64,000 bases of DNA. It comes from Candidatus Cloacimonadales bacterium (GTDB lineage: Bacteria > Cloacimonadota > Cloacimonadia > Cloacimonadales > JAFGVF01). Where the stretch lies: positions 224,001 through 288,000 of the forward strand of contig OY782781.1 of the NCBI GenBank assembly GCA_963678315.1, given 5' to 3'. The position numbers and the translations under genes are program-made. This document shows, piece after piece, positions 18,599 to 27,091 of the stretch; position 1 is the stretch's first letter; the number at the start of each line of letters is the position of its first letter. The notes beneath the pieces were generated by a model. It searched no databases. It was given only the letters and a program-made list of their open reading frames with translations, and was not told the origin of the DNA.

Positions 18599-21439
18599 TT
18601 GGAAAGACAAAAATTAATTGATAGCTTTCAGTTCGTTGCTATTGATATTAAAACTACAGGCATTAGTCCTGAAAATAACAACATTGTAGAAATAGGAGCT
18701 TGTCTTTTTCAAAATGGAGAAAAGGTAAGTTCCTATCACTCCTACATACAGCCAACCTTTTCAATATCCCCTATAACTTTATCCAGTTTAGGTATTTCAC
18801 TTAATACCCTGAACCATTATGGACAACCACTTAAAGTTGTTCTGAAAGAACTAGCTGATTTTGCTCAAGATAAAACTATCTTGTTCATGAATAATTCTAA
18901 TCAGTATGAGTTTCTAACTTACCATATTTTTAAACAAAATCTAATCCCTTTTATTAACTTCCACTATGATGTTATTGAGCTTATAAAGATTTATTATCCA
19001 CTAATAGAAAGTCTCTCATTTGAGGATATTTGTAACAGTTTCGGTTTTAACCACAATGATATTAATAGCTCTGAAGCTAAATCTGAGCTTTTGGGTCAGC
19101 TGTTCTTTAAAATCATTAACCATATTATTGATAAAATACCTTATGCAAAGAATAGAATTATCTATAATCTAGCAACAATTTCTGATTTAGACAGCGATTT
19201 ACCTATTATATTACAAAGAATAACCGAGTATCAGCAGAAAACAGCACTATTATCAAAAGACATTAAGATAGAGAAGTCAGACAAACATTATTTTATTGAG
19301 TCAGAGCAAAAATCATCTGATCAACCTTCAGTAGAAGAAACTCTTGGTAAAGATGGACTCTTTAGCAAGCAATTCGCTAATTATGAAGAGAGAGAAGGGC
19401 AGTTAATGATGTCTAATGCTGTCAACAAAGCAATTAAAAGGAATGAGTTACTTTTGGTAGAAGCAGGAACAGGTGTGGGAAAATCTTTTGCTTACTTAGT
19501 TCCAGCAATAGCCTACTCTTCTCGCAAAGATGATAAGATTATCGTATCAACTAATACCAAGAATTTACAGGAACAACTTTTCTATAAAGATATTCCAACC
19601 TTATCTAAGATTTTACCTCAGAAATTCACAGCTATTATTATGAAAGGTCGCGAGAACTATATCTGTCTCCGAAGATGGAATGAAGCAGTTCTCAATATAA
19701 ACAACCTTTCTAAATTCGAAGCCCAAGGTCTTCTCTATTTAGTTATTTGGAAAGAGATGACCAGAACTGGTGATATATCAGAGAATAGTCTTTTTGACAA
19801 GGCTAAGTTTCCAGCAACATGGAGAAAAATCCTATCCGAAAGATACTTCTGTGGAGGTAAAAAGTGTTCTTTCTATAAGTCATGTCATGTAATGGATGTT
19901 AAGAAGAAACTTGATAAGGCTAATTTAGTTATTGTTAATCACTCATTACTGCTTGCAGATTTGATGAATGACCATCAAACTTTAGGAGAATATAAGAAAG
20001 TAATCTTAGATGAGGCTCATAACCTACCTACAGTGGCAGGAAAACACCTAGGTATTTCATTAACCTACTTCGATATTAACCAATTACTAAATCATATCGT
20101 TTTTGTGAAAGGCAAAAAGAAAATTGGTATGCTTCAGTCATTTGTTACTACTGTTGAAAATACAGTTCCTGACGATAAGCTTGTTAAGAAAACCCTAATA
20201 TCTATATCGAATACAATTATTGACTTCATAGCTGATAGTAAAAATACATTTGCAGATTTCTTTGATAAGTTAGCTCAAGAAGTAGATTCAAAAGGATCTT
20301 ATGGAAAATATAGGTTAAAGAGTAAAGATACAATTCCAAGCTTTATTGATGATTTACAGGAATTACATAAACATTGGAAAAAGCTTAAAAACTCATTCTT
20401 CAGTCTCACTGAAACTCTAAGGGATACATCACCTGATATTATTCATGAATACGACCAGAATCTTACTAATCTGGAAGGTGTCTTCTCACAAATCAGTGAA
20501 GTAGATGATAAGTTTAATGACTTAGAAAATGCTGACTGGCATGAATCTGCTATCTGGTTAGAATTACTCGGTTCAAGGAATACAGACTTCCCTACAGCAG
20601 TCATTAACTGTGCTCCTGTAGAAGTTACTGATAAGCTTAATGAATACCTTTACAATGCTGTTGATACCTTAGTTATGACATCTGCAACCTTAGCTATTAG
20701 AGGAGTCTTTAAATTCTTCTTAAACCAATCAGGACTCTCCCTCTTACAGGATAGACCTATTGTGCAGATATCAGTCCCTTCCCCTTTCGATTACGAGAAG
20801 CAAGCTAAGCTACTTTTACCAGATTTCTTACCTTTACCTAAGGATTCTTTCTACATCGACCAAGCTATTAAGCTTTTGAATGAGCTAATCTGCGAAACAT
20901 CACTTGGAAGTATGGTTTTATTCACCTCCTATAGAGATTTAAATTACGCTTTTGAACAACTTCAGGAGCCTCTTTTTGACAGAGGTATAAAGCTTCTTGC
21001 TCAAGGTATTTCTGGTAATAGAACTGCTATTCTTAATGAATTCAAGAAGAGCAAGAACTCTGTTTTACTTGGTACTTCTTCCTTCTGGGAAGGAGTTGAT
21101 GTTCAAGGCGATTCCTTATCACAACTTATTGTATTCAAACTTCCTTTCCAAGTTCCTTCTGAACCACTGGTTGAAGCTTATATTGAAAAACTAGAAGCTG
21201 AAAAGAAGAACTCTTTTATGCACTACATGCTACCTAATGCTCTGCTAAAAGTAAGACAGGGTTTCGGCCGTCTTATAAGAAGTAAACAGGACAAGGGAGT
21301 TGTGGTTATCTTAGACAAACGAGTTATTACCACCCGTTATGGAAGCTTTTTCAAGCAAGTTCTACCTGCAGAAATGACCATTGTAAAAACCGACTTAGAA
21401 CTTATCGACAGAACCAATAAATTCTTTAAATCATTCTAG
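18599..21439 (+). CDS. dinG: DinG-family SF2 helicase with a degenerate N-terminal DnaQ-like exonuclease domain
   Basis: EAGTGVGKS, DEAH, TSAT, FWEGVD and QGFGRLIR; Fe-S cysteines (NYICL, CGGKKC...C). TTG start 1 nt after the upstream stop. Confidence 0.88.
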   Translation: MERQKLIDSFQFVAIDIKTTGISPENNNIVEIGACLFQNGEKVSSYHSYIQPTFSISPITLSSLGISLNTLNHYGQPLKVVLKELADFAQDKTILFMNNSNQYEFLTYHIFKQNLIPFINFHYDVIELIKIYYPLIESLSFEDICNSFGFNHNDINSSEAKSELLGQLFFKIINHIIDKIPYAKNRIIYNLATISDLDSDLPIILQRITEYQQKTALLSKDIKIEKSDKHYFIESEQKSSDQPSVEETLGKDGLFSKQFANYEEREGQLMMSNAVNKAIKRNELLLVEAGTGVGKSFAYLVPAIAYSSRKDDKIIVSTNTKNLQEQLFYKDIPTLSKILPQKFTAIIMKGRENYICLRRWNEAVLNINNLSKFEAQGLLYLVIWKEMTRTGDISENSLFDKAKFPATWRKILSERYFCGGKKCSFYKSCHVMDVKKKLDKANLVIVNHSLLLADLMNDHQTLGEYKKVILDEAHNLPTVAGKHLGISLTYFDINQLLNHIVFVKGKKKIGMLQSFVTTVENTVPDDKLVKKTLISISNTIIDFIADSKNTFADFFDKLAQEVDSKGSYGKYRLKSKDTIPSFIDDLQELHKHWKKLKNSFFSLTETLRDTSPDIIHEYDQNLTNLEGVFSQISEVDDKFNDLENADWHESAIWLELLGSRNTDFPTAVINCAPVEVTDKLNEYLYNAVDTLVMTSATLAIRGVFKFFLNQSGLSLLQDRPIVQISVPSPFDYEKQAKLLLPDFLPLPKDSFYIDQAIKLLNELICETSLGSMVLFTSYRDLNYAFEQLQEPLFDRGIKLLAQGISGNRTAILNEFKKSKNSVLLGTSSFWEGVDVQGDSLSQLIVFKLPFQVPSEPLVEAYIEKLEAEKKNSFMHYMLPNALLKVRQGFGRLIRSKQDKGVVVILDKRVITTRYGSFFKQVLPAEMTIVKTDLELIDRTNKFFKSF

Positions 21440-21454
21440 TTTAAGGATTAAATC

Positions 21455-22354
21455 ATGAACTACCTTCCTTATTTTTGGAAAATACCTCAAGAACATCTTC
21501 ACGTAAATGAACCTTTAGCAAAATATACTTCTTTCAAGATAGGTGGACCTGCTGACCTTCTCATTACTCCAACAAATCTCAGCCAGCTTACTTCAGCAAT
21601 AAAGACTGCCAAAGAAGAAGACTTCAGATGCATGATTATCGGTGGAGGAAACAATATCCTCTTCTCTGATAAAGGCTTTAGAGGTGTAATTATTACAACC
21701 CATAAATTGATTAACTTGGCTCATGAAGGCAACAAACTTCTTGCTTATTGCGGAACAAAACTGTCTGATTTTTCTAAATACTGTATGCGACATGGACTCA
21801 CTGGAATGGAGTTCGCCTGTGGTATTCCTGGAACTGTTGGAGGTGCTACTTTCATGAACGCTGGAGCTTATGGTTCTGAAATGAAGAATGTTGTCACAGA
21901 AGTTATTTATCTTGATGAGAATCTTGTTTCCAGAACTAATAAAATAGGCCAACATGACTTCTCTTACCGTAACAGTATCTATCAGAAAAACAACTACACA
22001 ATACTAGTTACCTACTTCCAACTTAAGTATGCTGAAAGGAAAGATATTAAGGCTACAATGGATGATCTTACCTGTAAACGTGAAGATAAGCAACCTCTCG
22101 ACCTACCAAGTGCTGGATCTGTTTTCAGACGCCCTGAGGGACATTTTGTAGGCAAATTAATTGATGATTGTAAGCTTAGAGGCTATAAAATTGGTGGAGC
22201 TCAAATATCTACTAAGCACGCAGGATTCATAGTTAATAAAGGGAATGCAAGTGCTCAAGATGTTATAAATCTTATTAATCATATCAAAGAAACTGTTTAT
22301 AACAATTTTCAAGTTGAACTACAAACTGAAGTTAGGATTATTCCCGAAAAGTAA
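21455..22354 (+). CDS. murB: UDP-N-acetylenolpyruvoylglucosamine reductase
   Basis: TSFKIGGPA, GIPGTVGGA.FMNAGAYG, SAGSVF, KHAGFIVN. Confidence 0.95.
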   Translation: MNYLPYFWKIPQEHLHVNEPLAKYTSFKIGGPADLLITPTNLSQLTSAIKTAKEEDFRCMIIGGGNNILFSDKGFRGVIITTHKLINLAHEGNKLLAYCGTKLSDFSKYCMRHGLTGMEFACGIPGTVGGATFMNAGAYGSEMKNVVTEVIYLDENLVSRTNKIGQHDFSYRNSIYQKNNYTILVTYFQLKYAERKDIKATMDDLTCKREDKQPLDLPSAGSVFRRPEGHFVGKLIDDCKLRGYKIGGAQISTKHAGFIVNKGNASAQDVINLINHIKETVYNNFQVELQTEVRIIPEK

Positions 22355-22473
22355 ATTCCAATCTCCTAGAATTTTAATCCTAAAACACCTAACAATCCTC
22401 GATTGAAATCATTGGCTCGAAAAAGATATGTCCCCAAGGGACACTAGCTTTGATACTCTGTAAGGGTTTAAAT

Positions 22474-22514
22474 AAAAAAAAACAGAACGATAACCGGGTG
22501 GTTACCGCTCTGTT
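22474..22514 (-). terminator. Rho-independent terminator
   Basis: AACAGAGCGGTAACC-ACCC-GGTTATCGTTCTGTT plus a T-run on the minus strand, downstream of the trxA-oxidoreductase operon. Confidence 0.8.
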
Positions 22515-22590
22515 CGGAGGGCATTCTATGTAGGGTCTGTAGGTTTAATTTTACATTAAGGTTAACAACGTTTCCCTTAACTCTAATTAC
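22474..22590 (-). ncRNA. Candidate ~110-nt small RNA with C-rich anti-RBS seed and intrinsic terminator
   Basis: On the minus strand: TTGCCA (-35-like) at 22618-22613 and an AT-rich -10 region; 5' hairpin UUAAGG/CCUUAA; CCUACA twice and CCCUCC; then a 15-bp stem followed by a U-run. Confidence 0.45.
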
Positions 22591-22659
22591 ATTATTATCT
22601 AAACTGATTTTTTGGCAAGTAATTTTTTACTTTTTTTTACTTTTATATCTTAAATCCCT

Positions 22660-24063
22660 TTATAAAAGGCGTTTCATAGTATTCTTCAAAGTATCTGATT
22701 CCATCAATTTCATCATCCAATCTTCAGCAACCATTTTATTAAGCATAGAGATCGTAGGGAAAGAGTGTTGCATCATCATAATGTCAAACATACTTTTCTT
22801 ATATTGAATAGCCATAGTCCATTCATGAATGAGTTCACTTGCAGCTTCTCCAACAATTGAAACACCGTATATTTTACCTAGTTTGTTAGTAAGCACTTTA
22901 ATAAAACCTTCTGGATGACCATCTGCAACTGTTCTTCCATAAGTTTTATAGTCTTTCTTAACCACCATATACTTGATACCTTTGGCTTTTGCTTCCTTTT
23001 CGGTAAGTCCAACTTGGGCAAGCTCAGGCTTAGTAAAGACTGACCATGGAACTTGATACTTACTTCTTTTGAACTTTGGTAAGGCAACTGGACTCAGGGC
23101 ATGCATGAGGGAAGTCATTCCTTGGTGCATAGCAGCGTGAGAGAAGAGGTTCTTACCATTACAATCCCCCACTGCATAAATGTGTTTCTTATTAGTTCTG
23201 TTAAAGTCGTCTACATCTATACTATTCTTTGAATACTTGATTCCAGCATTGTTTAATTCCAGCGGTTCAAGAACTGCTTTTCTTCCTGTTGCCACTAATA
23301 TTTCTTTTGATTGAAGAACTCTTTTATCAGTATGAGTATGAATTATTCCCTCTTTCTGTTCAACTTTGAGAATCTTTTCTCCATTATAAATACCGATACC
23401 TTCTGCAACTAGTGATTCTTCAAGAAGTCTTGCTGCTTCTTCATCTCCAGAAGGAACTAAATGCTTGTCCATGTGAACAAGATTAACCTTAGTCCCCAAC
23501 CTGCTAAAAGCTTGAGCCATCTCTGTTCCAATAGCTCCTCCACCAATTATGGTTAGTGACTGAGGCATTTCTTCAACTTCAAACATGTTGACATTCGTCA
23601 ACTTTGGAACATCTTTTAGACCAGGAATCGGCGGTATAAAAGGTTCTGTACCAGTTGCAATAAAGATTTTCTTTGCTGTATACTTCTTGCCATCAACTTC
23701 AACAATTTTGTCAGTCAAGAATTTTGCAGCCCCCTTACCTATTACTAAATCAACTTTTTCAAACACTTTCATGAATTTCTTATTGTTGATACCGCTTATT
23801 TTCTGGCGGACAATATTCATTGGGTCTTGACTTTTTTTATACAATTCTGCTTCAATTCCATATTTATTCAAATTCTCAGCAATATTGCTAACTTCTGCAG
23901 CCTTTAAGAGTGCTTTACTAGGTATACATCCTACATTAAGACACTCTCCGCCTACTTTGTACTTTTCGATAGCTAACACATCAAATCCCATTGCTGACGC
24001 CATAGCTGATACAGCCATTCCAGCTGGTCCCATACCAATTACAATAATATCTTTCCTGATCAT
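22660..24063 (-). CDS. Class I pyridine nucleotide-disulfide oxidoreductase (LpdA/MerA-like)
   Basis: GMGPAG, GGECLNVGCIP, GGGAIG and YAVGD; C-terminal HSFPT; lacks the MerA C-terminal Cys-Cys pair. Confidence 0.88.
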   Translation of the reverse strand: MIRKDIIVIGMGPAGMAVSAMASAMGFDVLAIEKYKVGGECLNVGCIPSKALLKAAEVSNIAENLNKYGIEAELYKKSQDPMNIVRQKISGINNKKFMKVFEKVDLVIGKGAAKFLTDKIVEVDGKKYTAKKIFIATGTEPFIPPIPGLKDVPKLTNVNMFEVEEMPQSLTIIGGGAIGTEMAQAFSRLGTKVNLVHMDKHLVPSGDEEAARLLEESLVAEGIGIYNGEKILKVEQKEGIIHTHTDKRVLQSKEILVATGRKAVLEPLELNNAGIKYSKNSIDVDDFNRTNKKHIYAVGDCNGKNLFSHAAMHQGMTSLMHALSPVALPKFKRSKYQVPWSVFTKPELAQVGLTEKEAKAKGIKYMVVKKDYKTYGRTVADGHPEGFIKVLTNKLGKIYGVSIVGEAASELIHEWTMAIQYKKSMFDIMMMQHSFPTISMLNKMVAEDWMMKLMESDTLKNTMKRLL

Positions 24064-24087
24064 AATGACTCCAATTCCCTGTTTTTC

Positions 24088-24444
24088 TTATTCTGCTTTT
24101 AGTAACAACTTTTCGATTGTATCAATTAATGATTTCTTTGGTACTGCCCCTGCAGCCATTGATGGTTGTCCTTCTTGAGGGATAAAAAGTAAAGAAGGTA
24201 TACTTCTAATTCCAAACATAGAAGCTAGTTCTTGCTCGTTTTCTGTATTGATTTTGTAAATATCTATTTTACCATCATATTCTTTAGAAAGTTCTTCTAA
24301 AATAGGTGACATCATTTTACAAGGACCACACCAATCTGCATAAAAATCAATTAATGCTGGTCTTGAACCTTCAAACTTCCATTCCTTGTTTTCTTCATAA
24401 TTAAATACTTTTTCTTTAAATGTTTTTAGTGATAAATGTTCCAT
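24088..24444 (-). CDS. trxA: Thioredoxin
   Basis: DFYADWCGPC active site and GIRSIP. Confidence 0.93.
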   Translation of the reverse strand: MEHLSLKTFKEKVFNYEENKEWKFEGSRPALIDFYADWCGPCKMMSPILEELSKEYDGKIDIYKINTENEQELASMFGIRSIPSLLFIPQEGQPSMAAGAVPKKSLIDTIEKLLLKAE

Positions 24445-24596
24445 GATTACCTCTTAGTTTTATTATTTATCAAAAGTATAAAGTGTTTGCTAATTTATGC
24501 AAATAGTTTTTTTAACTTTTTTTTCTAGTCAATATTTATTGATTGAATATATTATCATTAAGCAAATAAACATCAACTTTGGGGAGTATGATAATT

Positions 24597-25679
24597 ATGA
24601 AAAAAATGCTATTAATTCTATTTGTTGCAATACTTATGCTAGTTTCGGCTTGTAAGGGAAAAGATAATTCTAATGATAAATTAAACATTGGTTTTATATA
24701 CGTAGGAACTGTGGCTGACAATGGGTGGACTTATGCTCATAGTAAAGGGCAACAAGAAGTTTCTGAAATGGAAATAGTGAATGAAACATTTTATTATCAG
24801 AATATCTCCACAAGAAAGAGAACTGAGGAAGTTATAGATGAACTTATCAATGAGAAGAATTGTAAGATGATATTCACTACTTCTCATGACCATTTAGAAG
24901 CAACCTTAGCAAAAGCTAAAGAATATCCAGATGTCGTATTTGAAAATTGCAGTGGATTTGTCAAAACAGACAATGTCTCTTCATACTTTGGAAAAATATA
25001 TAAGCCTTGGTATATAGCAGGACAGTTGGCTGGTATTAAAACTGTCACTAACAAGATAGGGATTCTCTCAGCCCATCAAATTAATGAGTGTTTGAGAATA
25101 GTTAACGCCTTTACTCTTGGAGTTAAAAGTGTCAATCCTGATGCAGTAGTTAAAGTAGAATTTACCCATTCTTGGTGTGCACCACCCAAAGAAAAAACGC
25201 TTTCAGAATACTTGATAAGCCAAGGATGCGATGTTTTAGCACATGATACAGATTCTAGTGAACCTGAAATCGTATCCGAAAAAGCTGGAGTATGGTCAAT
25301 CGGCTACAATTCAGACAAAAGTAAATTCGCCCCTGATATGCACTTAACTAGTGTTATTTGGAATTGGGCTCCTTACTATATAGAAAGAGTTAATAAGTTT
25401 GCTAAAGGTGTTTGGCAGCCAGCAATAACATGGGGAGGCTACGAAACCGACATGTTTGGTCTCACTCCTTTCCGCGATATCCTCAAACCTGAAGAGGCAA
25501 TAATCATAGATAATACTCTAGAAAAGATAAAGAGTAAAGAGCTTAATATTTTTACTGGCCCAATTTATGATAACAAAGGTAATATTAGAGTTAAAGAAGG
25601 TCAGGTTTTAACAGATGCAGAACTCCTTAAAATAGACTGGTTAGTTAAAGGAGTAGATGGCAATCTCTTTGAGCAATAA
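24597..25679 (+). CDS. BMP-family ABC substrate-binding lipoprotein (nucleoside-type)
   Basis: Lipobox LVSAC; IGFIYVG...D.GWTYAH; NAFTLG; WSIGYNSD. Start moved to ATG 24597 downstream of GGGGAG (the track starts at 24579). Confidence 0.85.
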   Translation: MKKMLLILFVAILMLVSACKGKDNSNDKLNIGFIYVGTVADNGWTYAHSKGQQEVSEMEIVNETFYYQNISTRKRTEEVIDELINEKNCKMIFTTSHDHLEATLAKAKEYPDVVFENCSGFVKTDNVSSYFGKIYKPWYIAGQLAGIKTVTNKIGILSAHQINECLRIVNAFTLGVKSVNPDAVVKVEFTHSWCAPPKEKTLSEYLISQGCDVLAHDTDSSEPEIVSEKAGVWSIGYNSDKSKFAPDMHLTSVIWNWAPYYIERVNKFAKGVWQPAITWGGYETDMFGLTPFRDILKPEEAIIIDNTLEKIKSKELNIFTGPIYDNKGNIRVKEGQVLTDAELLKIDWLVKGVDGNLFEQ

Positions 25680-25915
25680 AGACATTTTATTGTTAGCTTA
25701 AAAAGATCATTTTGTAACTTTCTTGCTTAGATGATTTGTAAGCTTTCAAAATCATCTGAGCATAGTCTATTTTATCCATTTCATTATACAAAAGTCTGCT
25801 TCATTGAGCCTTTCTCTTTTGGTTAGCAATTGATTTATATATTTATTAATGATATCTTTCCTTTACATAAATTATACAAGTTATTATTTGGCCTTATAAT
25901 TCTAGAGGTAAAGTT

Positions 25916-26671
25916 ATGAAAACAGACTTCCATATACATTCATTTATCAGTACAGACAGCAGATTAAAACATGAGTTAATAATAGAAAAAGCTATTGAAA
26001 GAGCTTATTCTAAGATAGCATTTACTGATCATTATGAACCTAAATACCCAAATTGGAGCTTTGAAAAGAAGTATTCCTTAGACTCTTATTATAAGACTTA
26101 CCTTGATTTAAAAGAAAGGTATAAAGACAAGATTGATATATTATTTGGAATAGAGATAGGTGAATATCAGGAATTTACTTCTAAAGTTGATGATTTTCTG
26201 GTAAACTACAAATTTGATATTCGTATTGGATCGATCCACTATTTGCCACCAGAAATCGATATTGCTACTCCCATGGGTAGATTATTATCAACAAAACAAA
26301 TCGAACAATACTATAAAATCAACCTTAAATTAGTTGAAAACTGTAATATCAATGTTCTTGGCCATCTAGGAGTATTTCACAGATATGATATGCACAATAT
26401 TGACTGTGCCAAGCCAATCCTCAAAGATATTTTTCAGGTAATGATAGAAAGAGAGATTGCTCTTGAGATTAATTTTTCAGGATTAAGAAAGCCATCAAAT
26501 GCTTTAGTTCCTACAATTCCAGTAATTGAACAATATGCTTCTGAAGGTGGTAAGCTACTATCTTTCGGGTCAGACTCTCATGTCCTAAACGCTTTTGATG
26601 ATAAGTATGACCAAATGCTTGAACAGATTAAAAGAATTGGTATTGATTATAGAATTATTACCTGCCAATAG
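25916..26671 (+). CDS. PHP-domain hydrolase, HisJ/histidinol-phosphatase family
   Basis: DFHIHS, AFTDH, GIEIG, GSIH, LGH, ALEIN, GSDSH. Confidence 0.85.
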   Translation: MKTDFHIHSFISTDSRLKHELIIEKAIERAYSKIAFTDHYEPKYPNWSFEKKYSLDSYYKTYLDLKERYKDKIDILFGIEIGEYQEFTSKVDDFLVNYKFDIRIGSIHYLPPEIDIATPMGRLLSTKQIEQYYKINLKLVENCNINVLGHLGVFHRYDMHNIDCAKPILKDIFQVMIEREIALEINFSGLRKPSNALVPTIPVIEQYASEGGKLLSFGSDSHVLNAFDDKYDQMLEQIKRIGIDYRIITCQ

Positions 26672-26768
26672 AGATTTATCTAATGTTCTACGTACTAGAA
26701 AACTTCTTTATCTCCATGTAAAAAACAAGTAGACTATATACTTCTGTTTTTAGGAAAAACTTGCTTTA

Positions 26769-27031
26769 CCCTCTTGGGCCTCCTGCATTAAATTGGCTTT
26801 TTATGCAGGTGGGGCAAGAGGATATAGGCAGTAATAAGTGAGGAGTGAGTCAATGTAGAAACGAACGGACCTTCGTCTAAATTCTCTTTTTTCTGAAAAT
26901 TGAATGGCACAATTTACTGCTCTTTTATTTCTTCTTTAGCATGTACTTACATGCTAAAGCCGGCAGGGACGCCGGCACTCCGACTTTGCAGGATACCCAG
27001 AAATACTTTCGCAAGCAGGTACTTGCAATCC
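26769..27031. repeat. Cluster of palindromic modules between convergent genes
   Basis: Nested hairpin 26769-26821 whose inner part recurs at ~33452-33487; GTAG-headed palindrome 26855-26879 with a reverse copy at 60222-60246; GCCGGCAGGGACGCCGGCACTCC at 26959-26981; CGCAAGCAGGTACTTGCAATCC at 27010-27031. Confidence 0.75.
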
Positions 27032-27091
27032 AATCCAATCCAAAATACAAAATTCATCCTTATCAATTATTAATTATGCATTAATATATCA

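Noticed and set aside
22516..22533. Plus-strand GGAGGG-N6-ATG-TAG start-stop minigene
   Set aside because: No evident plus-strand promoter; better explained as the complement of the minus-strand sRNA seed.
22660..24063. Mercuric reductase (merA) call
   Set aside because: No C-terminal Cys-Cys pair, no N-terminal metal-binding domain and no mer genes nearby.
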